From: an uncultured Eubacteriales bacterium
GTDB lineage: Bacteria; Bacillota; Clostridia; Oscillospirales; Acutalibacteraceae
DNA: 49,165 nt
Direction of reading: 5' to 3'
NCBI GenBank assembly: GCA_964495345.1
Contig: CAZBVV010000002.1
Coordinates: 1-49,165 of the forward strand
Part shown: in pieces, positions 1 to 7,911 of the stretch
How positions within the stretch are numbered: position 1 is the stretch's first letter
Layout of the letters: each line of letters begins with the position of its first letter
Made by a program: the position numbers and the translations under genes
Notes under the pieces: model-generated
Seen by the model: only the letters and a program-made list of their open reading frames with translations
The model's database searches: none
Told to the model about the DNA's origin: nothing

Positions 1-329
1 GTAAATATGATGTTTAATTTTGACATGATTGACTTTGCCTCCTCAAGGTTTTTTATTGCAAGACGAAGTTCATCTTCTTTCTTGTCAAACATAGATGTTA
101 TTTCTTCATTCGTTAAACTATTAGAAATAATCTCTTTTATTTCGTGTAAAGTGAAACCCGCTTTTTTGAGAGCAGTTATACGATGATAAACTAAAATCTG
201 TTCGGATGAATAATATCTGTATCCCGAAAATACATCCGTATGTTCAGGTATAAGTAATTTTTCTTTGTCATAGTGTCGCAGTACAGATATTTTTGTGTTA
301 CAGATTTTTGCAAATTCGCCGATTTTCAT
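1..329 (-). CDS. MerR-family transcriptional regulator, C-terminal end cut by window edge
   Basis: Not in the ORF track because it is open at the window edge. Reverse-strand translation from the ATG at 329 gives MKIGEFAKICNTKISVLRHYDKEKLLIPEHTDVFSGYRYYSSEQILVYHRITALKKAGFTLHEIKEII..., a typical MerR N-terminal winged helix-turn-helix. A GGAGGTG Shine-Dalgarno lies 5 nt upstream. Confidence 0.85.
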   Translation of the reverse strand, partial: MKIGEFAKICNTKISVLRHYDKEKLLIPEHTDVFSGYRYYSSEQILVYHRITALKKAGFTLHEIKEIISNSLTNEEITSMFDKKEDELRLAIKNLEEAKSIMSKLNIIF

Positions 330-369
330 TTTAACACCTCCAATAAGTTGTAAAGTACCTTACATGCAT

Positions 370-400
370 ATCATAAACCTTAAGTTAAGTTGAGAGTCAA
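370..400 (-). promoter_or_regulatory. MerR-type promoter: TTGACT - 19 nt spacer - TATGAT with central dyad CTTAA-c-TTAAG
   Basis: On the reverse strand: TTGACT (400-395), 19-nt spacer (394-376), TATGAT (375-370). An 11-bp palindrome at 379-389 sits inside the over-long spacer, as expected for MerR-family operators. Confidence 0.55.
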
Positions 401-410
401 TAGTATTTTT

Positions 411-451
411 GAAAAAAATACGGCTATACCAATTTTGTTGATACAGCCGTA
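411..451 (-). terminator. Intrinsic terminator after the MscS-family gene
   Basis: Imperfect hairpin TACGGCT.TA / TA.AGCCGTA (419-451). It is followed on the minus strand by a run of 7 T (412-418). Confidence 0.6.
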
Positions 452-457
452 ATAAAA

Positions 458-1354
458 TTATTCTTTTGAAATATGTACATCCATCTGTGGGAAGGGAATT
501 TCGATATTTCTTTCTTCAAAGATTTTCTTGGTTTTTTCCATCAGGTTGAATTTAACATCCCAATATACATCTGCATTACACCATACTTTGAGCTGATAAG
601 CAACCGCACTGTCATTAAATGATGTAAGCACCGCAGAGGGGGCAGGCTCGGTAAGCACGTTTTCATTTGAATATGCCGCATCAAGCAAAGCCTTTTTTAC
701 TTTATCCGAATCGGCAGAATAAGCGACTGATACTGAAATATCAACTCTTCTTGTGGGGAATGCATTGTAATCTGTCAGCGTGTTTGACGATACCTCACCG
801 TTGGGGATAACAACCATTTTGTTGTCACCGGTAACTATCTTGGTGTAAAAAATGTTTATTGATTTTACAGTACCTTCGTAACCGTCGATTTTAATGTAAT
901 CTCCCACAACAAAAGGTTTGAATGCAGTGACAATAAATCCGCCGGCAATATTTGAAAGGCTGTCCTGTAATGCAAGACCTATGGCAAGTGCACAGGAGCT
1001 TAAAACCGTAACCATTGATGTCATGGGAATTCCGATAATTGCCGCAACGGTTATAACAAGGAGCACTTTGAGGAAAATTGTAATGAAACTCCTGAAAAAT
1101 GACCTTGTAGTAGGCTCGATTTTGGAAAGAAACGTGCCGTCTTTGATTTTTTTAGAAAAGAAATTTATAACTTTCCAGCCAACAATCAGCAAAATGACCG
1201 CAAACACAAGATTTATGCCTGCATCGGTAAGATATTCCGCTATTGTTGTTTTTACAGCTTCCCATATTGCACCTGCGTTGCTGATGTTCTCGCCTATATT
1301 CGTTATATCAATATCTGTAAGATCTATTTCAGCTGCCTGTTCAAATACCGTCAT
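458..1354 (-). CDS. Small-conductance mechanosensitive channel (MscS family) protein
   Basis: 298 aa. N-terminal hydrophobic helices are followed by an MscS-like beta-domain stretch (GDYIKIDGYEGTVKSINIFYTKIVTGDNKMVVIPNG). A GGGTGA RBS precedes the start, which lies 11 nt after the GH38 stop, so the two are probably co-transcribed. Confidence 0.85.
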   Translation of the reverse strand: MTVFEQAAEIDLTDIDITNIGENISNAGAIWEAVKTTIAEYLTDAGINLVFAVILLIVGWKVINFFSKKIKDGTFLSKIEPTTRSFFRSFITIFLKVLLVITVAAIIGIPMTSMVTVLSSCALAIGLALQDSLSNIAGGFIVTAFKPFVVGDYIKIDGYEGTVKSINIFYTKIVTGDNKMVVIPNGEVSSNTLTDYNAFPTRRVDISVSVAYSADSDKVKKALLDAAYSNENVLTEPAPSAVLTSFNDSAVAYQLKVWCNADVYWDVKFNLMEKTKKIFEERNIEIPFPQMDVHISKE

Positions 1355-1365
1355 TTATATCACCC

Positions 1366-4300
1366 TTAATAATAAACTTTGATGGTCTTAATCTCAAAAG
1401 GTCTGAATGAAACATTCATATCATCAAGTACAGCCTGTGTTTCTTCAAGCATATTTGTGATTTCGCACTTCTTTGCACAGGGGAAGGAGAGTGTAGCGTT
1501 TGTTCTTGTACCCTCAGCCTCGTACATACGCACGATATATGCGTTCTCTGCATCCTCACAGGGTTTTACTGCTTCAACGAAAATGTTAGCCTTATCAACA
1601 CCGCAGAGTGTATCGAATGTATAAGCACCCTTTGCCGCAATAACGGGAATATTGAGCATATAAGAAGGTCTTATAACATTCTCGGAGCTAAAACCGCCGT
1701 TATGGGGAAGAAGTGAATATGTACACTTGTGAAGTCCGTCATGATCACCGAGAGCATCGGGATGTGTACCACCCTTGTGGAGTGAAAGACGCATATTGCC
1801 GTCCTCAACAGAAATGCCGTATTTACAATCGTTAAGAATTGCCGCACCGTATCTTGACTCGGAAAGGTCTGTGTACTTGTGGTTTACAACCTCAAATTTA
1901 GCCTGTTCTTCGGAGTTGTTGCGTGTTGTGGGACGCTTTACATAACCGAACTGAATCTCATGGCGTGCAAAATCTTCACTGATGTTTGTATCAAAAGCAG
2001 TTTTAAGCAGTCTGTGGTCATCCTGCCAGTCCATAACCGTATCAAATCTCACTTCGGCAGAATCTGCAAAGAAAATCATATCCTGCTTGATAGTTGATTT
2101 AGCTGAGATTTTGTATTCGCTTCTGATGATATAAGCAACCGCACCTGCCGATACAATCTCTCTTGAAACAAGCTCTGATGCATCTGCAAATTTAGTCTGA
2201 ACATCAGCATCTATATCCCAGTTATCCCATGAGGAAGGAAGATCCTCTGCCATAAGGAATGTATTGAGATTATAGCCGTTGCCTACGATTTCTCTGTTTG
2301 CTGTTTTATCAACAAATGAACAGATAGTGCCGTTTTCTGCGAATTTTACACTTGCAAAAGGTGTTTCAAGTGCGTTTGTATCTGCTGTGAATACACTTGC
2401 TGTTTCGGGCTCACCCTGTTTCATCTTAACTGTAACACTTGACATGGCAGGAACAGTAATTCCGCTTACAATAAGCTTTTTATTGCCGTCAAGGTCGGTG
2501 TATACCTGCTGTTTGCAATCTGCATCAACAATGTAACCCTCGTAAGGCATGAATATTGCATCATTTCTGTCGAATGAAAGAGTATTGATGAATGTAACGC
2601 TGTCGTTACCGTCGGCATTTACGATTGCGGCAATTTGCTCGTTTGCATCTTTAATAAGAGCAGTTGTCTGTTCACGGCTTTCAACGTGAGCTCTTGCAAG
2701 GCAAGTACCGGGAAGAATATCGTGGAACTGATTTATAAGTAATGTTTCGTAAAGAGGAGCAATCTTTTCGCTTGATGCCGCTTTGCCGTTCTTTTTAGCC
2801 TCGTTTACTGTAAGAATTTCAAGGTCACGCAGAGCAAGCTCTGATTTTCTGTTGTTTCTCTTGATAGTATGCTGGTTTGTAAGCGTACCTCTGTGAAGCT
2901 CAAGATAAAGCTCGCCCTTATATGTGTTGGGATTAACAGCAGTAGCTTCAAGGTCTTTCATGAAGTCGCTTACCGTCATATGCTTTGATTTGCCAACACC
3001 GTCAAGGTCTTCAATTCTCTTTGCAAGCTCAACCATTTCAAACTGAGGTCCGCCGCCGCCGTCACCGAAACCGTAGGAGATAAGTCTCTTGTTGGAAACA
3101 CTTTTCTGTTTAAGATAACCCTTGGTTTCTCTGATTACAGATGATACATCGGGGTACATGTGAGTTCTGTTGAAATGAGTGAATACACTTGTGCCGTCAA
3201 GACCAACCCAATTGAATGTGTCATAAGGGAATGTGTTTGTATCGTTCCATGAGAGCTTTGTTGTAAGGAAATAGTCAACACTGCAACCCTTCATAATTTG
3301 AGGAATGGCTGCAGAATAGCCGAATGTATCGGGAAGCCAGAAGCAGTCTGATGTGTAATCAAAATATTTCCTTGTAAATCTCTGTCCCCAAAGGAACTGA
3401 CGAACCATTGACTCACCTGAGGTGATATTACAGTCACACTCAACCCATACACCGCCGTTGGGCTCGTATCTGCCCTCTTTAACCTTTTGAGCAATTCTTT
3501 CAAAAAGTTCGGGATAATTCTTTCTTATCATATCCGAATGGCAGGCAGATGACTGAACAAACATATACTCGGGGTACTGCTCCATAAGATTAAGAGCATT
3601 TGCGTATGTTCTTGTAACTTTCTTTTCTGTTTCGCCAACATGCCAGAGCCATGCTGTGTCCATGTGTGAATGACCGATAAGAGCTGAAAAAGGTGCAGAA
3701 TCCTGAGATTTCATATTGAGAACAGCTTTAAGTGCGGGTGCGGATGCTCTGATTCCTGCCATAAATGTGTCAAGGTCAGTATCTTCAAGAGCATAATGTA
3801 CCTTGTTATGTACCTCATAAAGAGCGTTTATAGCTTTGCCTCTCATAAAACTGTCAGCTTCAAGAGTTTTTGCAAGCTGTAAAACAGTTACAAGGTCAAA
3901 GTAGTATTCCTGAATTTCGTAGTTCTTTGTGCATATATCTGCACCGTTATAAAGGAAATTGTAATTTTTGATACAAGCATCTTCATAAGGGTGACAGCCG
4001 GGGTAGTCGTGACCGCCGTAGTACTCAATAACAATGTTAAGATTGTCGCCTGTTTTAGCATTTTTCTTAATCATGTCGCAGTAATGGTTGCCGTGACCTG
4101 TATAAACAATCTTTGTAGCAAATGTACCCATTGTTCTGCCGTTTACAAAAAGGAGTGCTTCGTAGCCTTCCATGTGGGGCTTAATAAAAAGGTCTTTTCC
4201 GTTAAGATTTTCGGGAACGGTATAAGATGTTTTGTACCAGCTGTAAGCATCCTTGCCGTACCATGTTGCACCTCTTTCAACGGTTGAGAACAGGGAATCA

Positions 4301-4443
4301 TCCGGAATTTCATGAAGCCTGTCCTTTGTGACGTACTGTGTAAAGTCGATAGTTTCCTGTGTTTCAAAAATCATCGGCTCTAAAAGTTCGGTAAATCTGC
4401 CTATTTTATCAATAAGCTTACCAATCTGGGGTTCGTTAAGCAT
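1366..4443 (-). CDS. Glycoside hydrolase family 38 alpha-mannosidase (no signal peptide, cytoplasmic type)
   Basis: 1025 aa with the GH38 hallmark HSHMDTAWLW plus LHRGT and QFHDILPGT regions. A GAGGTGA RBS precedes the start. Confidence 0.9.
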   Translation of the reverse strand: MLNEPQIGKLIDKIGRFTELLEPMIFETQETIDFTQYVTKDRLHEIPDDSLFSTVERGATWYGKDAYSWYKTSYTVPENLNGKDLFIKPHMEGYEALLFVNGRTMGTFATKIVYTGHGNHYCDMIKKNAKTGDNLNIVIEYYGGHDYPGCHPYEDACIKNYNFLYNGADICTKNYEIQEYYFDLVTVLQLAKTLEADSFMRGKAINALYEVHNKVHYALEDTDLDTFMAGIRASAPALKAVLNMKSQDSAPFSALIGHSHMDTAWLWHVGETEKKVTRTYANALNLMEQYPEYMFVQSSACHSDMIRKNYPELFERIAQKVKEGRYEPNGGVWVECDCNITSGESMVRQFLWGQRFTRKYFDYTSDCFWLPDTFGYSAAIPQIMKGCSVDYFLTTKLSWNDTNTFPYDTFNWVGLDGTSVFTHFNRTHMYPDVSSVIRETKGYLKQKSVSNKRLISYGFGDGGGGPQFEMVELAKRIEDLDGVGKSKHMTVSDFMKDLEATAVNPNTYKGELYLELHRGTLTNQHTIKRNNRKSELALRDLEILTVNEAKKNGKAASSEKIAPLYETLLINQFHDILPGTCLARAHVESREQTTALIKDANEQIAAIVNADGNDSVTFINTLSFDRNDAIFMPYEGYIVDADCKQQVYTDLDGNKKLIVSGITVPAMSSVTVKMKQGEPETASVFTADTNALETPFASVKFAENGTICSFVDKTANREIVGNGYNLNTFLMAEDLPSSWDNWDIDADVQTKFADASELVSREIVSAGAVAYIIRSEYKISAKSTIKQDMIFFADSAEVRFDTVMDWQDDHRLLKTAFDTNISEDFARHEIQFGYVKRPTTRNNSEEQAKFEVVNHKYTDLSESRYGAAILNDCKYGISVEDGNMRLSLHKGGTHPDALGDHDGLHKCTYSLLPHNGGFSSENVIRPSYMLNIPVIAAKGAYTFDTLCGVDKANIFVEAVKPCEDAENAYIVRMYEAEGTRTNATLSFPCAKKCEITNMLEETQAVLDDMNVSFRPFEIKTIKVYY

Positions 4444-4516
4444 AAAATCACCTCAAGAAAATATAAAAATATTACCGATATTATATAACAAATATTACAA
4501 TTTTTCAATATAAAGA

Positions 4517-4545
4517 TTGAATTTTTAATAAGGATATTGTATAAT
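4517..4545 (+). promoter_or_regulatory. Sigma-A-type promoter TTGAAT-17-TATAAT ending 6 nt before the HAD ATG
   Basis: -35 TTGAAT at 4517-4522, 17-nt spacer, -10 TATAAT at 4540-4545, ATG at 4552. There is no Shine-Dalgarno within 15 nt of the ATG. Confidence 0.5.
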
Positions 4546-4551
4546 TAAAAC

Positions 4552-5124
4552 ATGAATGTTTACGATTTTGACAATACGATTTATGACGGCGAAAGTTTTT
4601 GGGATTTCTTTATTGAGTATGTTAAAGTAAATCGCACTTTTGTACGTTACATTCCGAAAGTAATCGTTGCATTTGCTAAATACAAACTCGGAAAAATAAC
4701 CGTAGAGCAAATGATGACAGACTACGCTCCGGTTATAAAAAAATGCTACTGTGACTATGATAATTGGGAGGAATTCACAGTAAAATTCTGGGATGAGCAT
4801 ATGCATAAGATTAAAAAATTTTACAGCGAAGTTCAGAAAGATGATGACGTTATTTTAACTGCCTCACCCGAGCTAACTATCAACGAAATAGCAAAAAGAC
4901 TCGGTATAAAGTATGCTGTTTGTTCTAAAATAGACAGCAATACAGGCGAAATAACCCGTATCTGTATGCGACAGAATAAGATTATTGCCTTGAAAGAGGA
5001 ATTTGGCGAGAATGTAGAAATAGATGATTTCTATACTGACTCAATAGCAAACGACGGCTTCTTTGCCGAACACGCAAAACGAGTATTTCTTGTAAAAGGT
5101 GATAAGATAACTCAAATTAAATAA
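4552..5124 (+). CDS. HAD-superfamily hydrolase (HAD-IB-like phosphatase)
   Basis: 190 aa. The N-terminal DFDNTIYDGES is HAD motif I (DxDxT), and a C-terminal TDSIANDG-type motif is present. Confidence 0.7.
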   Translation: MNVYDFDNTIYDGESFWDFFIEYVKVNRTFVRYIPKVIVAFAKYKLGKITVEQMMTDYAPVIKKCYCDYDNWEEFTVKFWDEHMHKIKKFYSEVQKDDDVILTASPELTINEIAKRLGIKYAVCSKIDSNTGEITRICMRQNKIIALKEEFGENVEIDDFYTDSIANDGFFAEHAKRVFLVKGDKITQIK

Positions 5125-5131
5125 CAGAAAG

Positions 5132-5165
5132 AAGCGTAAAGTGTCATAACTTTACGCTTTAATTT
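5132..5165 (+). terminator. Intrinsic terminator after the HAD gene
   Basis: Perfect 11-bp stem AAGCGTAAAGT (5132-5142) / ACTTTACGCTT (5149-5159) with a 6-nt loop. The T-rich tail is interrupted. Confidence 0.6.
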
Positions 5166-5236
5166 GTGGTGTAAAGCAGAAAAACTTTACAAATATTTTT
5201 GTATATTTATGTGTAAAGTAAAATTGCTTTAATAAA

Positions 5237-5269
5237 CAGAGTTTTAAACGCAAAATGTTCAAAACTCTG
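5237..5269 (-). terminator. Candidate terminator for spoIIR
   Basis: 9-bp stem CAGAGTTTT (5237-5245) / AAAACTCTG (5261-5269) with a 15-nt loop, followed on the minus strand by TTTATT. It lies about 105 nt downstream of the spoIIR stop. Confidence 0.35.
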
Positions 5270-5373
5270 CTCAAAATGTTCATAAATGTTCAAAAGTAAG
5301 CCAAAATTGAAAAGTATATTAGCTTTACATCTAAGTTTTGACCTGAGTTTTAAACATTGTATATACATTACGG

Positions 5374-6006
5374 TTATTCATTTTTTGCTGTAAAATAGTT
5401 TTTCAGCATTTCTGCATATTCAACAATTTTAAATCTTATGTCATATTTTCCACTTGCAAGAACTACACTTTTTTGTGCATCCGAGAACACGGAATTCAGC
5501 TTTTCTTCGTCTGTTTCTTCTGCGGCAGGCAGACAAAGAGATGGGAACATAACGCACCACCAGTTTTTGCCCTCACCGTTGCCGATAACAATTTTCAACG
5601 CAAGGTATTTTCCCGCAGGGAGAGTAACCGTGTTATCATAAACTCTTGTTGAAAAGTATTCGGTTTCAAGTGTCACTTGTACATCATAATTATATCCGTT
5701 TGTAGTTATTACCTTTTTTGCAATTTCAGTTAAATTTTGAACTTGTGGCATAATTTTTTCTTTTGCATCTTCGCTTGTAACCGAGCCGTCAAAAATTACA
5801 GGGCATTGTTCAAGTATTGCGTCTCTTACTTTAATTTTCAGCTCCTGGTCGTATTCTGCATCGGAATTTGCGATTATGTGCAGTCTTATAACGTCATCAC
5901 AAATTGTTTTACAGGTGTGTGCAAAGCAAAATACGTTGCTGATTAATAAAAATGCAACAGCAAACGATGCTCCTATAACAAGATTTCTGTGTTTCTGTTT
6001 CGTCAT
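5374..6006 (-). CDS. spoIIR: Stage II sporulation protein R
   Basis: 210 aa. An N-terminal signal/anchor is followed by VIRLHIIANSD, the hallmark of the SpoIIR family. A GGGAGA RBS precedes the start. Confidence 0.85.
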   Translation of the reverse strand: MTKQKHRNLVIGASFAVAFLLISNVFCFAHTCKTICDDVIRLHIIANSDAEYDQELKIKVRDAILEQCPVIFDGSVTSEDAKEKIMPQVQNLTEIAKKVITTNGYNYDVQVTLETEYFSTRVYDNTVTLPAGKYLALKIVIGNGEGKNWWCVMFPSLCLPAAEETDEEKLNSVFSDAQKSVVLASGKYDIRFKIVEYAEMLKNYFTAKNE

Positions 6007-6018
6007 AATGTTTCTCCC

Positions 6019-6059
6019 AAAAAAAATAACCGTCTGTCAAATGAATGATAGACGGTTAT
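6019..6059 (-). terminator. Strong intrinsic terminator after ispE, abutting the spoIIR RBS
   Basis: 10-bp stem ATAACCGTCT (6026-6035) / AGACGGTTAT (6050-6059) with a 14-nt loop. On the minus strand it is followed by T8 (6019-6026). Confidence 0.75.
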
Positions 6060-6076
6060 ATCCAAAATTATTCAGT

Positions 6077-6949
6077 TTATTCAATAATTTCAATAGCTTT
6101 TTTTACAGGTACGGTTTCAAACACATTTTTGAATTTATCTCTTAATTCTTCTGCACATTTTTTCGCATCTTTTTTGTTTTCAAAAATTCCGAATACGGCA
6201 GTTCCGCTGCCTGTCATCATAGCCATCATAGCGTTGCGGTTTCGCATAACGGATTTAATTTTAACTCTGTCACTCACCTCAACAACCTGTTCAAATACAT
6301 TTGAAGCCTTGTAACACATTGTTCTTAAATCTTTTTGTGTGGCGGCAAACAGGAATCCTTCGTTGTCGGGATGTCTTATCCATTCTGCGGCATCAAAGTT
6401 TGCATATGCAGATGCGGTGGAAACACCCTGCTCGGGTTTTACTATTACCATATAACATTCCGGTAAATCGGGCAGTTTTGCCATTATTTCACCTTTGTTC
6501 AGGCACAATCTCGTTCCTCCTGTAATACAGAAAGGTACGTCTGCACCGACTTTTTCACCCAGAGTATACATTTCATCATCGCTGAGCTTATTACCAAAAA
6601 GATGATTAAGTCCTTTTATTACTGCAGCGGCATCAGCACTTCCGCCTGCCATACCTGCCTGTACGGGGATCATTTTATCAATATGAATGTCAACACCGTG
6701 AGTGGCGTCACCGATATGTTCAAAAAAGTACTTTGCGGCTTTGTATGCGGTGTTTTTTTCGTTTGTGGGGATATACGGCAGCGAACAGGATAATTTGATT
6801 TTTCCGCTGTCATTGAGCTTTAATGTGGCGGTATCGTAAACACCGACAGATTGCATAACCGTATAAATACTGTGATAGCCGTTTTCAAGTGTGGCTGTAA
6901 GGTCAAGAATAAGATTAACTTTTGCGGCAGCTTTTACTTTGATTTCCAT
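6077..6949 (-). CDS. ispE: 4-diphosphocytidyl-2-C-methyl-D-erythritol kinase
   Basis: 290 aa. The N-terminal AKVNLILDL and the GHMP-kinase motif PVQAGMAGGSADAAA are present. An AAGGAG RBS precedes the start. Confidence 0.9.
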   Translation of the reverse strand: MEIKVKAAAKVNLILDLTATLENGYHSIYTVMQSVGVYDTATLKLNDSGKIKLSCSLPYIPTNEKNTAYKAAKYFFEHIGDATHGVDIHIDKMIPVQAGMAGGSADAAAVIKGLNHLFGNKLSDDEMYTLGEKVGADVPFCITGGTRLCLNKGEIMAKLPDLPECYMVIVKPEQGVSTASAYANFDAAEWIRHPDNEGFLFAATQKDLRTMCYKASNVFEQVVEVSDRVKIKSVMRNRNAMMAMMTGSGTAVFGIFENKKDAKKCAEELRDKFKNVFETVPVKKAIEIIE

Positions 6950-7067
6950 ATGAACACGCTCCTTAATATTATTTTAACTTTTTTTAATGAAATTTTCAAC
7001 AATTTTTTTCCAAAATATTGTAAATACAAGAAGTTTATGTTAACATATCTAAGAGTATTTTAAATTT

Positions 7068-7895
7068 TTGGTGATGGAAATGATTTTTAAAAATATGGTA
7101 GATATGCATACTCATACGGATAATTCCTTTGACGGGCATCATTCACCCGTGTATATGTGTGATGGTGCTTGCAACAAAAATATGCGTGCTATTGCCTTTA
7201 CCGACCATTGTGAGGTTGATGCTTTTTATAAAGACAACGGTGAGAGGAACGTGCGTCAGGCATTTTTTGAAATTGCAAAAGCAAAAAGTGCATTTACAGG
7301 CAAACTCCTTGTCCTTAACGGAATTGAACTGGGTCAGCCGGCATACGATATTCCCACAGCGGAAAAAATTATTGCATCACAAAAGTTTGATGTGGTAATA
7401 GGCTCCGTTCACAACCTGAGGAATAAGCAGGATTTTTATTATATAGAAGATTTTACGGGGATTGACGTTGAAGCAGAACTGAAAGAATATTTTAGTGAGA
7501 TTCTGACTATGCTTGAATGGGGTAATTTTGATATTCTTGCACATTTAACGTATCCTTTCCGTTATCTGTATTCAAGAAATAATATCAGAGAGGATATAAA
7601 CAAATACAGTTCACAGGTTGACGAAATTTTAAAGCTTGCGGCAGAAAAGGATATTGCTCTTGAAATAAATTCAGCAGGTCTGCGTCAGCCTATTGACCGT
7701 CTTTCGCCTGAAATCGGAACCGTAAAAAGATTCAGAGAACTTGGCGGTAAGCTTGTGTCCGTCGGATCAGATGCTCATTTTGCAAAGGATATCGGCGTAG
7801 GCATCAAAGACGCTATGGCAGCGGCAAAAGAGGCAGGTTTTGACTGCGTTACCATATTCCAGAACAGACAGCCTATTGAAATAACGATAGAATAA
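7068..7895 (+). CDS. PHP-family phosphoesterase (histidinol-phosphatase HisJ-like)
   Basis: 275 aa with DMHTHTDNSFDG, FTDH and GSDAH metal-binding motifs of the PHP domain. The start is ambiguous (TTG 7068, ATG 7074 or ATG 7080). Confidence 0.75.
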   Translation: MVMEMIFKNMVDMHTHTDNSFDGHHSPVYMCDGACNKNMRAIAFTDHCEVDAFYKDNGERNVRQAFFEIAKAKSAFTGKLLVLNGIELGQPAYDIPTAEKIIASQKFDVVIGSVHNLRNKQDFYYIEDFTGIDVEAELKEYFSEILTMLEWGNFDILAHLTYPFRYLYSRNNIREDINKYSSQVDEILKLAAEKDIALEINSAGLRQPIDRLSPEIGTVKRFRELGGKLVSVGSDAHFAKDIGVGIKDAMAAAKEAGFDCVTIFQNRQPIEITIE

Positions 7896-7911
7896 TTTGG
7901 AGATGAATTAA

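Noticed and set aside
918-1382. Long antisense ORFs inside well-supported genes. Examples: 918-1382 (+) opposite the MscS-family gene, 25338-25700 (-) and 25553-25876 (-) opposite glmM, 44501-44848 (-) opposite the FAD protein, 28742-29050 (-), 18066-18371 (-).
   Set aside because: None has an RBS. All have low-complexity or odd composition and are fully shadowed by genes with clear family motifs on the other strand. This is the expected background in AT-rich DNA.
5250-5295. A possible catabolite-responsive element (cre) or Spo0A box within the TGAACA-containing repeats.
   Set aside because: The central CG of the cre consensus is absent, and there is no TGTCGAA-type 0A box. The resemblance is limited to TGAA.
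5255-5299. A 14-codon mini-ORF (MFKTLLKMFINVQK) formed by the AAATGTTCA repeats in the HAD/spoIIR spacer.
   Set aside because: There is no Shine-Dalgarno upstream, and the ATGs are simply part of the repeated 9-mer. I treat it as a DNA/RNA repeat rather than a peptide gene.
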